A DNA stretch of 64,000 nucleotides, from the NCBI GenBank assembly GCA_034530875.2, contig JAVRCJ020000008.1, positions 128,001-192,000 of the forward strand, in the 5' to 3' direction. Made by a program: the position numbers and the translations under genes. Under the pieces are notes generated by a model, which did no database searches, had not been told where the DNA came from, and saw only the letters and a list, made by a program, of their open reading frames with translations. The stretch is from Nostoc sp. DedSLP01. Lineage in GTDB: Bacteria > Cyanobacteriota > Cyanobacteriia > Cyanobacteriales > Nostocaceae. Shown piece after piece: positions 1 through 10,154 of the stretch. Positions within the stretch are counted from its first letter, which is position 1; every line of letters starts with the position of its first letter.

Positions 1-515
1 TTTAACTCTAACTTTTGAGGCATTATCTCCTTGATATAGACACTTTCCGAGTTAGTAGTATCTTTTAAGAGTTCGCTTTCATTGCTGAATTTGATTGATG
101 CAGGATCGGTGATACCCGGAAGTACATCTAAGACTCGACGCTGTTCGGGTGTATAATATGCCACATATTTTGGAACTTCAGGACGAGGGCCAACTAAACT
201 CATTTCCCCTTTGACAACATTGAATAATTGGGGTAGTTCATCTAGTTTGTATTTTCTCAAGAACTCGCCGCTTCGGGTAATCCGAGAATCTTTAGCTACT
301 GTAATTTGTTGTCCCCGCCTTTCGGCATCAGCTACCATAGTCCGGAACTTGTAAATTTTAAATTCACGTCCGAAGCGTCCAATACGAGTTTGTCTAAACA
401 ACACATTCCCTGGAGAATCTAGTTTAATCCAGATCGCAATTGCCAAAAAGAGAGGTAACAGGATCGAAATACCAAGTATGGCAAAAAACAAGTCAAAAAT
501 TCGTTTAGCCATCAT
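1..515 (-). CDS. Bacterial sugar transferase (priming glycosyltransferase, PglC/WcaJ C-terminal type); runs off the window edge
   Basis: Not in the ORF track. Manual translation from ATG at 515/512: MMAKRIFDLFFAILG...IKLDSPG...FRQTRIG...FKIYKFRTM...KYKLDELPQLFNVVKGEMSLVGPRPE. Confidence 0.9.
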   Translation of the reverse strand, partial: MMAKRIFDLFFAILGISILLPLFLAIAIWIKLDSPGNVLFRQTRIGRFGREFKIYKFRTMVADAERRGQQITVAKDSRITRSGEFLRKYKLDELPQLFNVVKGEMSLVGPRPEVPKYVAYYTPEQRRVLDVLPGITDPASIKFSNESELLKDTTNSESVYIKEIMPQKLEL

Positions 516-999
516 TAATTCCTGATAACAGGGCAAAGAACTATTTAAAGTTTTAAATTCAAGAGTCGAAATTCAGAATTGAATTCTGTACGATTGGTGA
601 AATGAATAAACGGCGAGAGAACACACTAACTTTTCAATTTCCCAGTTTGCAATCAGTGGCGAGTCTAAATTCCTCACCGATCGCATTCTTAATTGTTTTT
701 CAAATAGTAATTGTTTTTACTATTTTATAGCTACATGAGTTACTATATAACTTTTTTGTGTTACTTATACTAATTTTCAATAAAGATATCTCTAAAACGA
801 GTGCAATTTTTTAGAAATTTTTATTAGAGAATTTCGCGCAATATGATATTGCGAAATAGGTATTTATTAGCTAGCTCTAAAAAACAGTTTTCAAACTTAA
901 TATTTGCATACAAAAATATGAAAACAAAAGTTCATTAACTTAAGTCTGAAGATGGTTTTTAATCAATTGTTTGAAAATGTGTTTTTTAAGATCTCAATA

Positions 1000-2151
1000 T
1001 CAAGTCAACGTTTTTTTAACGATTTCAATAACACGAGTTCGATCTGCTGGAGTCATTTTTGTGTAGATTGGTAAGCTGACTATGCGTTCAAATGCATAGC
1101 TTGCTTGAGGAAAATCTTCTGAACGGAGGTTGTAAGTGTCGCGCCAGTATGGTTGCAAGTGTAAAGGAATATAGTGGACGCTACAACCAATTCCTTTAGC
1201 AGCCATTTGCTCGATAAAGTTATTGCGACTAACTTGTACGGAGTCGGCTAAACGAATGACGTATAGATGCCAAGAGTGAATATCTCCATCAGCAGGTGAT
1301 GCGGGCAGATGTAAAGGTAAGTTGGCTAGTTCTATGTGATATCGATTAGCGATCGCAGCTCGTTGTTGCTGTAGTTTCCAGGCTTTCTTCAATTGATGGA
1401 TACCTAAAGAAGCCGCAACATCTGTCATATTATATTTGAATCCCGGTGCAACTACCTCGTAGTACCATGAAGGTTTAGTTGAGGTATAGCGATCGAAGGC
1501 ATCTCGATTGATGCCATGTAAGCGCATAGTCCGGCATCGTTGAGCTATTTGAGGGTTGCGAGTTACTAGCATACCCCCTTCACCTGTAGCGATAGTTTTG
1601 GTCGCATAAAAGCTATAAACTGTTACATCACTATCTAAGCTACCAATCAATTTACCATGATAGGTTGTAGGGATAGCATGGGCAGCATCTTCAACGACTT
1701 TCAATTGATACTTTTGGGCAATTGTTAAGATTGATTTCATATCACAAGCAAGTCCGCCAAAATGCACGGGCATGATGGCTTTTGTGCGCGGAGTAATAGC
1801 AGCCTCAATTTTGCTAGCATCAATATTCAGAGTAGCCAGATCGATATCAACAAAAACTGGATTGGCTCCTAAGTAACGAATCACTTCTGCGGTAGCAGTG
1901 AAGGTGTGGACTGTGGTGATTACTTCATCTCCAGGGCCAATTCCCAATGCTTCCAGAGCTAAATGTAACCCTGATGTGGCAGAATTGACTGCGATCGCTT
2001 CTACTCCATTACCAATAAATTCTGCAAAATCTTGCTCAAAACGTTTGGTTTTAACCCCTGTAGTCAACCAACCAGACCGTAAAGAATCAACGACCTCGGC
2101 AATTTCTTCTTCTCCAATATCAGGTAATGCAAAAGGAATGAATTCTGCCAT
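1000..2151 (-). CDS. DegT/DnrJ/EryC1/StrS PLP-dependent sugar aminotransferase
   Basis: Motifs [48 protein letters not shown]. Confidence 0.95.
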   Translation of the reverse strand: MAEFIPFALPDIGEEEIAEVVDSLRSGWLTTGVKTKRFEQDFAEFIGNGVEAIAVNSATSGLHLALEALGIGPGDEVITTVHTFTATAEVIRYLGANPVFVDIDLATLNIDASKIEAAITPRTKAIMPVHFGGLACDMKSILTIAQKYQLKVVEDAAHAIPTTYHGKLIGSLDSDVTVYSFYATKTIATGEGGMLVTRNPQIAQRCRTMRLHGINRDAFDRYTSTKPSWYYEVVAPGFKYNMTDVAASLGIHQLKKAWKLQQQRAAIANRYHIELANLPLHLPASPADGDIHSWHLYVIRLADSVQVSRNNFIEQMAAKGIGCSVHYIPLHLQPYWRDTYNLRSEDFPQASYAFERIVSLPIYTKMTPADRTRVIEIVKKTLT

Positions 2152-2193
2152 AAAATTTAGTAATTCAATTCAAAAAGTAAACATTTCAGAAAG

Positions 2194-2889
2194 TTATGAC
2201 TTGGTAATCCAACACAAGACATGAGTACGCAAAAACGGAAGTAAATTAAAAACACTATAAAGATTGGGATGAATTTTAGTTACTCTGCGACTAATGGGAG
2301 GAGCTAAACTTAATTGCCAAGTTTTAATATTTCCTTCGGGAAATAATTGACGAATTTGTTTTTTACTCACGCCTTTGACATCAGGATTTTTTGGGTTATC
2401 AAAGATAAAGTCATACCACAGTACACCTCCTCCAGGTTTAACTAACGACCACATCCGATTTGCGAGTTTTTGTTGAAAATTTTTATCTAAAATAGAAGTG
2501 AAAACCGTTGATTGAAAAACAATATCAAAAGAGTTATCGTCTAACTTGAGAGTTGACGCATCGCCAACTAAAATCTCAGTTGATGTTGGCAGCAACCGAC
2601 GTGCATTTAGGGCATAATCTTCTATCAATTCATTTCCTACTAAGTTCTCTGGTTGAAAACCCAAGGACATAAATAGGCTCAGGTTATTTCCACTACCGCA
2701 ACCAATTTCTAGTAGACGTTTGTCTCCAACTGGTGCTAGATTAGCCCAATTAATCCAACGAATCAAAGCGTGGCGCTTTTCTTGATAAAGCATATAACGA
2801 GATGGATGCAATGGGTCGTATAAAGATGCCTCAGGGATTTGCTGGCGTCGATGATAACGCTGACGAATTGCTTCAATTTCGTTACTCAT
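2194..2889 (-). CDS. Class I SAM-dependent methyltransferase
   Basis: LLEIGCGSG SAM motif, FDIVFQSTVF, KPGG; ATG at 2889 (MSNEIEA) preferred over the ORF-track start 2922. Confidence 0.85.
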   Translation of the reverse strand: MSNEIEAIRQRYHRRQQIPEASLYDPLHPSRYMLYQEKRHALIRWINWANLAPVGDKRLLEIGCGSGNNLSLFMSLGFQPENLVGNELIEDYALNARRLLPTSTEILVGDASTLKLDDNSFDIVFQSTVFTSILDKNFQQKLANRMWSLVKPGGGVLWYDFIFDNPKNPDVKGVSKKQIRQLFPEGNIKTWQLSLAPPISRRVTKIHPNLYSVFNLLPFLRTHVLCWITKS

Positions 2890-2996
2890 ATCAGTCTCAT
2901 CAGTAAAGATTTCATAAAACAAAAGTCAAAATTCAGAATTTAATTTTCTGTAACTGGAGGATGAATAAATTCTTCTTTAATTACTTCACTCAAAGA

Positions 2997-4229
2997 TTAC
3001 TGAATCCTCAATTCTGACTGCGGAATTTTTCTATTTAAAACACGGTTATAAATATCAGCGTAAGCATCTGCTACTCGGTTAAGACTGAAGTTTTCTTGGA
3101 CGTGTAACCTACTTCGCTTTCCCATGAGGTTTCTTTGTTCGGGAGAATTTAGAAGTTGTAAAATCGCTGTAGCTAAAGTCTTGCTATCTTTAGGAGGAAC
3201 TAGCAAACCATTCCAGCCATCTTTAACAACCTCCTTACAACCAGGCATATCAGTTGTAATCAAAGGGAGTTCCATTGTCGCAGCCTCTAACAAAACCCTT
3301 GGTACTCCTTCACGGTAATAACTCGGCAACACAAATACATCGCTTAATTTCAATAGCGTTGGGATATCATGACGAGGCCCAAGATAGCGAACAATCCCGG
3401 CTTGCTGTTGAATTTCTTGTATTGGTACGGCTTGTCTACCTTCAGAAGCTAAAGAACCGACTAAGAAAAACGTCACATTTTTCATTTGCTGGCATACAAT
3501 GCTAGCCGCCTGGAGATATTCTCTGACTCCTTTAGAGACAACAAGACGTGAAATCATTGTGACTACAAGCTGCTTTTCTAGTCCTAACTCCCGTCGTGTT
3601 GCTGCTAATTTTTCTGGTTCGGGAGAGTTTTTCATAAATCCTTCGATATCAATACCCGATCCTAAAACTAAATCATCCCGACCATCCTGTACCATTTTGT
3701 GTTTGAAAAAATATTCGCGATCGTCAGGATTTTGAAATATAGTTATCCCAGTTGCTACAGAAGCACGCCTTTGAAGGTGGCGGTATATTGGTCTGAGGGC
3801 AAGTGCTAAGGTTGATGTTGAAGAAAACACATAACCCATTCCAGTTATCGTCCGCACCCGTCCGGGAATTCCGGCCTTCATTGCCATAATGGGTGCAATC
3901 ATACTTGGTTTAGTATCAAAACTATGAACGATATCTGGCTGATGTTGCTTAAATAAAGTAGAAAGTTGGCTCTTAGTGTATATATCAGCCCAGGGATTTA
4001 TTCCTCGTTCTAAAGTGTATCGAAAATAGGGAATCCGAACATCTCGAAAAGCATTTCCGTCTTCAGATCCCACTGCGCCAACATTGAAACCTTTCTCGCG
4101 CAATTTTAGTAGCAGAGGAATACGAAGACGTATATCTTCTCCGCCAACATGCCAAACAGTAATTGGAGAATTTTTATGAAAGCTTAAAGCTTTGGTAGGT
4201 AAGGGAAAACTAGAATAATGTTTGTCCAT
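2997..4229 (-). CDS. Glycosyltransferase family 4 (CapM-like)
   Basis: GT4 motifs FQNPDD, KGVREYL, DVFVLPSYYREGVPRVLLEA, TTDMPGC. Confidence 0.92.
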   Translation of the reverse strand: MDKHYSSFPLPTKALSFHKNSPITVWHVGGEDIRLRIPLLLKLREKGFNVGAVGSEDGNAFRDVRIPYFRYTLERGINPWADIYTKSQLSTLFKQHQPDIVHSFDTKPSMIAPIMAMKAGIPGRVRTITGMGYVFSSTSTLALALRPIYRHLQRRASVATGITIFQNPDDREYFFKHKMVQDGRDDLVLGSGIDIEGFMKNSPEPEKLAATRRELGLEKQLVVTMISRLVVSKGVREYLQAASIVCQQMKNVTFFLVGSLASEGRQAVPIQEIQQQAGIVRYLGPRHDIPTLLKLSDVFVLPSYYREGVPRVLLEAATMELPLITTDMPGCKEVVKDGWNGLLVPPKDSKTLATAILQLLNSPEQRNLMGKRSRLHVQENFSLNRVADAYADIYNRVLNRKIPQSELRIQ

Positions 4230-4486
4230 CTTTCAAAGGAAATTTATAAGAAAGCTAGAGAGTTAATACTTTGATCTTTAAACTTGATAATAAGAACAAC
4301 AGCAATTAACAAAATTTTCAATTTCTACCTCAATCTGTGTATTAGGTCTTAAACTCTAATTAAAAAATGTTTGTGTTTTCTGACTATCTACTTGAGTTGG
4401 AGTAAATGCCTTTTGTATTCCCTTTGTAAAAGGAGAGCCTCTCGATATTTTGTACTTGAATCGTTTTTTATAACAAAATACACTTG

Positions 4487-5341
4487 TTATGCAGGTCTTA
4501 AAACTACAGAAAATGTCGATATGCAAAGTTCTTCATCAGAAAAATGTGTAAACTCATGGGATAACTTTGATCTAGCTGTAGGTAAGGTATTCCAACGATC
4601 CATTTTAATTAACTCAACAGTAAAACCAGCTTGTTGAAATATATCTACCATTTGACTGTATTGAATTCTGTTTGTATAAAAACCAGAATTAGCCATAAAA
4701 TCTGCTTCCCATATACGTTCAGAAAATCTGAGGTTGTTGAGATGTCCACCTAGATGATCTCGCAAATCAACTTCATGAGAACAGACACCATCATCACTAA
4801 TTATCCTACGCAGTTCTTGCATTGTTTCGCAAAATTCTGAACGTCTAACATGTTCAAGAACTGCATGTGACCAAATAAAATCTACAGATTTATCGGGAAT
4901 AAGCTTTAGTGAAGATAAGCCAGATGTCAGATATTTTGCATGGCAAGAATCGAGAATTTCTTCTAAATACTGCAATGCATCAAAATTTGGTACAGTCAAC
5001 ATTTTCTGTTTTAAATATTCTGCCATAGCATGATATTGTAGAATATTTTTATTGGCAAATGCTTTGGCATCAACTAAATAAGATTTAGAACCACCAAAGG
5101 CTAAACTAATCATTGAAGAAAACAATGAATCTCCTGGCCCCATTTCTAGACTAACAAATCCTGCTTTTGGTTTGGCTCGATCAAAATGCTTTTTAAATAC
5201 TCCATAAGCATAATTTGGTTGCTCCATAGAGCCATGTGAAAATAAGCCAGCATCCTTCCAGAATTTGTATTCAATTGGCAATCTAGATAAAACTAGTTTG
5301 GCAGCAATTTTAGCCCACCAAGGAATAAAACTAATACTCAT
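4487..5341 (-). CDS. Class I SAM-dependent methyltransferase
   Basis: LEMGPGDS, DFIWSHAVLEHV, HEVDLRDH; ATG at 5341 (alternative TTG start 5356). Confidence 0.8.
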   Translation of the reverse strand: MSISFIPWWAKIAAKLVLSRLPIEYKFWKDAGLFSHGSMEQPNYAYGVFKKHFDRAKPKAGFVSLEMGPGDSLFSSMISLAFGGSKSYLVDAKAFANKNILQYHAMAEYLKQKMLTVPNFDALQYLEEILDSCHAKYLTSGLSSLKLIPDKSVDFIWSHAVLEHVRRSEFCETMQELRRIISDDGVCSHEVDLRDHLGGHLNNLRFSERIWEADFMANSGFYTNRIQYSQMVDIFQQAGFTVELIKMDRWNTLPTARSKLSHEFTHFSDEELCISTFSVVLRPA

Positions 5342-5419
5342 GTTTTTAATCTCCAATTATTTAATGCTTAGGGTCAATAAATATTAATTTACTACTAATT
5401 AATAACCCAAAAAACTCAT

Positions 5420-5610
5420 TTAGTATTTATTCGTTTTAAGGAAGAATAGCCTGTCGATTTCTGCTCCCAATTGCAATCGCGCTGATTCTAGCGTATTTGT
5501 ATCCCGTGTCCAATGCTAGCGGTCTGGAGATATTCTCTGACCCCTTTAGAGACAACAAGGCGTGAGTTGATTGTGACTACAAAGGGAAAACTAGAATAGT
5601 TATTGTTCAT
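5420..5610 (-). pseudogene. Chimeric relic: GT4 N-terminus + GT4 middle + DUF4091 C-terminus
   Basis: 5582-5610 resembles 4201-4229, 5511-5582 resembles 3497-3568, and 5454-5514 resembles 7002-7062. Translates MNNNYSSFPF-VVTINSRLVVSKGVREYLQTASI and, in a second frame, WTRDTNTLESARLQLGAEIDRL. Confidence 0.85.
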
Positions 5611-5769
5611 TTTTTAAATTGATTGTTACCAAATTTGAGAGTGAGTTTTTTGATATCAAGCTCATATTTGTTTTTTATTAAACTGCGTAAAAGTCCAAAA
5701 GGCTGATTTGATAATTTTGACTTACTACCTAAACAAATTAAATTCAGTAATCAACCCTGATTACTATAT

Positions 5770-6780
5770 TTAAACTTTGTAGTAAGAACGATACCAATTT
5801 ACAAAACGTTGAATTCCCTGCTCAATCGATGTATTGGGTCTAAAGCCAACATCTGTTGCAAGATCTTCAACATCTGCATAGGTAGCAGGTACATCCCCAG
5901 GTTGCATAGGGAGTAGATTCTTTTTTGCTTCGATCCCCAAACAGTTTTCTATCACTTCAATGAAGCGCATTAATTCAACGGATTGATTATTCCCAATGTT
6001 GTAAAGTTTATAGGGAGCATTACTATTTTCTGAGGTGGATGCATTTTCTAACAAGGTAGAATTTGGCTCAGGGATTTTATCCATGACGCGGATAACACCC
6101 TCAACAATGTCGTCAATGTATGTAAAATCTCGACGCATTTGACCGTAATTAAACACATTAATTGGTTCGCCTGCCAAAATTGCTTTAGTAAATAAAAATG
6201 GCGCCATATCTGGACGACCCCACGGCCCGTATACTGTAAAGAACCGGAGTCCAGTGGTGGGTAAACCATACAAGTGGCTATAAGTATGAGCCATTAATTC
6301 GTTGGCTTTCTTGGTAGCAGCGTAGAGACTGACCGGACGATCTACGTTGTCGCCTACAGAAAATGGTACTTTCGTATTTGCACCGTAGACTGAACTAGAT
6401 GAAGCGAAAACTAAGTGCTTGACTTGTGAGTGGCGACAACCTTCTAAAACATTGATAAAACCTACTAAATTACTATCTATATAAGCATGGGGATTTTTGA
6501 GCGAGTAGCGGACTCCAGGCTGTGCGGCTAAGTTGACTACTAAATCGAAGGACTCTTCGGCAAATACAAAAGCCATGCCTTCACGGTCAGCCAAATCGAG
6601 TTTGTGAAATCTAAAATTTGAGTTATCCTGCAATTTGGCTAGCCGAGCTTTTTTGAGATTGACATCATAGTAATCATTGAGGTTATCTAGCCCAACGACT
6701 TCGTTTCCCCTAGCTAGTAACCGCTGACTAAGATGAAAACCAATGAAACCTGCTGCACCTGTAACTAAAACTTTGACCAT
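5770..6780 (-). CDS. NAD-dependent epimerase (UDP-glucuronate 4-epimerase type)
   Basis: [46 protein letters not shown]. Confidence 0.95.
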   Translation of the reverse strand: MVKVLVTGAAGFIGFHLSQRLLARGNEVVGLDNLNDYYDVNLKKARLAKLQDNSNFRFHKLDLADREGMAFVFAEESFDLVVNLAAQPGVRYSLKNPHAYIDSNLVGFINVLEGCRHSQVKHLVFASSSSVYGANTKVPFSVGDNVDRPVSLYAATKKANELMAHTYSHLYGLPTTGLRFFTVYGPWGRPDMAPFLFTKAILAGEPINVFNYGQMRRDFTYIDDIVEGVIRVMDKIPEPNSTLLENASTSENSNAPYKLYNIGNNQSVELMRFIEVIENCLGIEAKKNLLPMQPGDVPATYADVEDLATDVGFRPNTSIEQGIQRFVNWYRSYYKV

Positions 6781-6988
6781 AAATTTTGATGCCTAGAAAA
6801 TCTAATTAAAAAATTTTGTGTATTTGAATTATTTGTTGTAATTGGATTAAATGCCTTTTTCATAGAATACAGGAATTATGCACAAAGGTTGTGTATTGAG
6901 ACTGGGTGTAAGGGTTTTAGTCACCTACACCCTCACCCCCTTACACTCCTTGTCCAAAGCCTAGATTTTTCGTTTTCATGGGTAAAAT

Positions 6989-8656
6989 TTAAGATAATTT
7001 CTCGATTTCTGCTGCCAATTGCGATCGCACTGACTCCAGTATATTTGGATCTCGCGTCCAATTTTTCCAATCCTTAGCAACGGTTCGGCCAATATTTAAT
7101 GCCCAACTCCCACGGCCAAGTTTTTTGAGAATCTGGATATATTCGTAATCTTCTACTCCATCTCGCAACCATTTGAGTCTCATAGATGGGACAACTCCAT
7201 TAATCCCTACCTGTTTGCCGGGATAAACTAGCATCCCTTCGCCAGGAAAATAGTTCCGATTGTCTTGAGAATAGGTTTGAATATCATACCAAGGAGCTTT
7301 TGTCCATAAATCAACTTGCCAATACAAAATTCCAGTTAATCCCAGACTTTGGCTAATGAAACCTGGCTGAATTCTAAAGTTTATAGGATCGAAATCTATT
7401 TGCCACTTCGGAGAATATTCATCTTGTACTAATGTGTTATATGACCATACTTTGTCTCCCTTTTGCAATACTTTCGTTACTTTATCGGTGGCTCGCTCGT
7501 ACATTTTAGGGAGAAGTACCCAAATATCAACAGCAGAGCGTCCGCTTCCAGAACCATCGTCATACAGTTCGGGTGTGGGCGTCATTGTCACAAGGTTAGC
7601 AACTCCAGCCGAATGCAGATTTTTAGCCCATTTCTTGATTGTTGGATAAAGAACTGGACAGCGATCGATTTCATCAGCCGTATAGTTATATAAAAATAGA
7701 TCCGACTGATAAGATGCAGCAGTTTTTTGGAATTCCTCTAAGGAAGGCATTGAACGCATCTGACATGTTGTAATATCGGCTCCACTCCAATAACCAAGAT
7801 TTGCAGAAACAAGCCCTTGGGGAATCAAAGCTTGTCCATCCTCTGGGTTAACATGTTTAGGCATAAGTTTATGCTTGAGAAGTTCCTGATTAGCATTCTT
7901 CGTTTTGTTGTACCAAAATGCAAAGGAAGAATTCAGCGAAGGCTTTAAAGGTAACTCGAAATTCCAAACTTTTAGGACTACCTTGGCTTGAGCTTTTCCG
8001 CGATTGCTAGTGACAAGAAAAGTACCAGTGTATTCTCCAGATTTAATGTTGCGAGGTACAAATACATCAACCCAAATAGGTTGGTTATAGTTGGGCTTGA
8101 GACTAAAAGGAGTTGCTTGTAACTCACTTGGAAGCGGAGGCTTTTTGGTTGCTGGATCTAAAAATGGTATAAGTCCGTCGGGATACCATCCAACGCCCAG
8201 AGGAGGATTGAGATTACCTCTCATACTTGGGCTGGAATGACTGACATAAACATAATGTTCTCGATATAAAGTTATATTATTTTTTGGAATTATCTGACCG
8301 TTAGGGCCCAATAAATCTGATACCGAAACATTTACATTAGTCAATCCATTTGCTGGAGCTTTCACTACTAACTGAAATGATTCATATTCGCCTTTAGCAG
8401 CAAAAATTTTAGCTGATGATGTGCTTTTTATGGTGTCAGTTTGTCCTATCCTTTTCAAATTTGAAACCATATATAAAGCAGGGCCGATTGCAGAGGAAGC
8501 ATTAGGTAATTGCCAAAGATTTAAGCAAATTACTGTAATCAAAATGAGCAGCAACGATTTAATAGACTTAAGTTTCTTCACAAGTCTGATAATTTCCATA
8601 TATTTTAAATGTCGGAAATGCTTCTCGTAATTTACGTTACTTTCATAGCCGTTCAA
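6989..8656 (-). CDS. Secreted DUF4091 / glycoside hydrolase family 123-like protein
   Basis: Hydrophobic N-terminal signal-like segment; AAKGEYESFQL, WYPDGLIPF, ADE, GEGMLVYPG, PSMRLKWLRDGVEDYEY; start uncertain (ATG at 8599 plausible). Confidence 0.75.
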   Translation of the reverse strand: MNGYESNVNYEKHFRHLKYMEIIRLVKKLKSIKSLLLILITVICLNLWQLPNASSAIGPALYMVSNLKRIGQTDTIKSTSSAKIFAAKGEYESFQLVVKAPANGLTNVNVSVSDLLGPNGQIIPKNNITLYREHYVYVSHSSPSMRGNLNPPLGVGWYPDGLIPFLDPATKKPPLPSELQATPFSLKPNYNQPIWVDVFVPRNIKSGEYTGTFLVTSNRGKAQAKVVLKVWNFELPLKPSLNSSFAFWYNKTKNANQELLKHKLMPKHVNPEDGQALIPQGLVSANLGYWSGADITTCQMRSMPSLEEFQKTAASYQSDLFLYNYTADEIDRCPVLYPTIKKWAKNLHSAGVANLVTMTPTPELYDDGSGSGRSAVDIWVLLPKMYERATDKVTKVLQKGDKVWSYNTLVQDEYSPKWQIDFDPINFRIQPGFISQSLGLTGILYWQVDLWTKAPWYDIQTYSQDNRNYFPGEGMLVYPGKQVGINGVVPSMRLKWLRDGVEDYEYIQILKKLGRGSWALNIGRTVAKDWKNWTRDPNILESVRSQLAAEIEKLS

Positions 8657-8740
8657 GTAAAAAATATAGAATATCGATACAAAAATTTACATAATTTATT
8701 CCTCAGTATCTAAATTTGTGGATTCAAATCTTACTACAAT

Positions 8741-9883
8741 TCAATTTGATAAAAATTTATTTAAAATCACTCCATCATGAGTATTTACTACCCCTAATCG
8801 ATTCCAGAGTTTTTCATAAATATTGGGTAATGGGTCTAGCAGACTTTGCCAAGCAAGATCGCAACTAATTTTTTTTACTTCTGAAAAAGGATATTTTCCT
8901 AAGAGTAATCCTGGGATAAATTGGCTTGGGGATGGATAAGGAATCTTTTCGGGTTCCGTACAAGTAAGTTCTTTCTTGAGATTGTCAGGCAATTTGTGTC
9001 CTTGCCCTAACAAAATACCTAAGTTTATAAAGTCTATACCATAGGATATTGAAGCTCCGACACTAGCCCAAAATCTGGGATTACATTCTATTACTTTAAC
9101 AGAATTACTTCTCTCATCGAATCTGATATCAAAATTAGCTACGCCGCTATAATTGGAGTAAAATACAATCTTTTGAGCTATCTCTAAGAGATTTGCATCT
9201 TGAAAAAATTCAAAAAAATAGGGTAATCTTCTGTTAATTGTCCAAGCAATTATCTTGCCATTTTCTGCAAGTATATTCAGGAGAATATCATAGCCATATA
9301 CATATTTTTGTACCAATAAAGGTAAATTATTTATTTGATTTTGATGGAATATATATTTATCTAAGTCTTCAGTTGAGTCTATTTTTGTTACTCCATATCC
9401 ATTACCTCTATTTAATGGTTTGATGATGAGAGGAAAATTTAAATTCACTGATTTCACTTGTTCTAGTGTTTCAAACAATATTGTTTCTGGAGTGGGAATA
9501 TTGTGTTGCTTTAAAAAATTAAAAAAGTACCATTTGTTGTTTAAATTATATATTTTATCTGCGCTATTTAAAGGAAAAATTGGTGAATATATGAGTTGTT
9601 CTTTAATTAAGGCAATTAAAAATGTACCTAATAAACCTGACGGTATAATAATATCAATCTTATGTTGTTTGCAGTATTGATTAATCAGCTCGGTTATTTC
9701 TTCAGTTCTTGGTGATGACTCAGAAATGAAACAAGAAATATAGTTTTTGCAAAATTTGGACAACCTTGAGGAACCTGAAGATTTCCAAATACTGATTACA
9801 TGTGATTTAATATTAAGCAATCCCAAACATCTCAATAATGAAAGTGTAATCCCATCACTCGAGGAAACAATTAATACGTTCAC
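8741..9883 (-). CDS. ATP-grasp domain protein
   Basis: NKWYF..F...IPTP, FPLIIKP...GNGYGV, LVQKYV.G, NFDIRFD, IECNPRFW. Confidence 0.85.
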   Translation of the reverse strand: MNVLIVSSSDGITLSLLRCLGLLNIKSHVISIWKSSGSSRLSKFCKNYISCFISESSPRTEEITELINQYCKQHKIDIIIPSGLLGTFLIALIKEQLIYSPIFPLNSADKIYNLNNKWYFFNFLKQHNIPTPETILFETLEQVKSVNLNFPLIIKPLNRGNGYGVTKIDSTEDLDKYIFHQNQINNLPLLVQKYVYGYDILLNILAENGKIIAWTINRRLPYFFEFFQDANLLEIAQKIVFYSNYSGVANFDIRFDERSNSVKVIECNPRFWASVGASISYGIDFINLGILLGQGHKLPDNLKKELTCTEPEKIPYPSPSQFIPGLLLGKYPFSEVKKISCDLAWQSLLDPLPNIYEKLWNRLGVVNTHDGVILNKFLSN

Positions 9884-9926
9884 TTCAACCTCAAAAAAAT
9901 ATAGTTTTAAAGAATTGTTAAACTGA

Positions 9927-10154
9927 ATCGAGTTTAAATAGGGAAGCGAATCGAAAGCTCAATTATTTGCTTCTAACCAAGCTTGGAACATCAGCACGTC
10001 ACATCGAGTTTAAATAGGGAAGCGAATCGAAAGCTCAATTATTTACTTCTAACCAAGCTTGCAATATCAGCAGGTCTCATCAAGTTTGAATAGGGAAGCG
10101 AATCGAAAGCTCAAGTATTTGCTTCTAACCAAGCTTGGAACATCAGCACATCCC
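9927..10154. repeat. Tandem repeat, 3 x 76 bp, duplicating the asnB 3' end, stop codon and 32 nt downstream
   Basis: Units start at 9927, 10003 and 10079: ATCGAGTTTAAATAGGGAAGCGAATCGAAAGCTCAATTATTTGCTTCTAACCAAGCTTGGAACATCAGCAC... Confidence 0.95.

Noticed and set aside
5420..5610. Possible DGR template repeat
   Set aside because: Differences from the genes are not adenine-specific, two different genes are involved, and no reverse transcriptase is in the window
9927..10154. Possible CRISPR array
   Set aside because: Whole 76-bp units repeat with no unique spacers, they derive from asnB, and no cas genes are present
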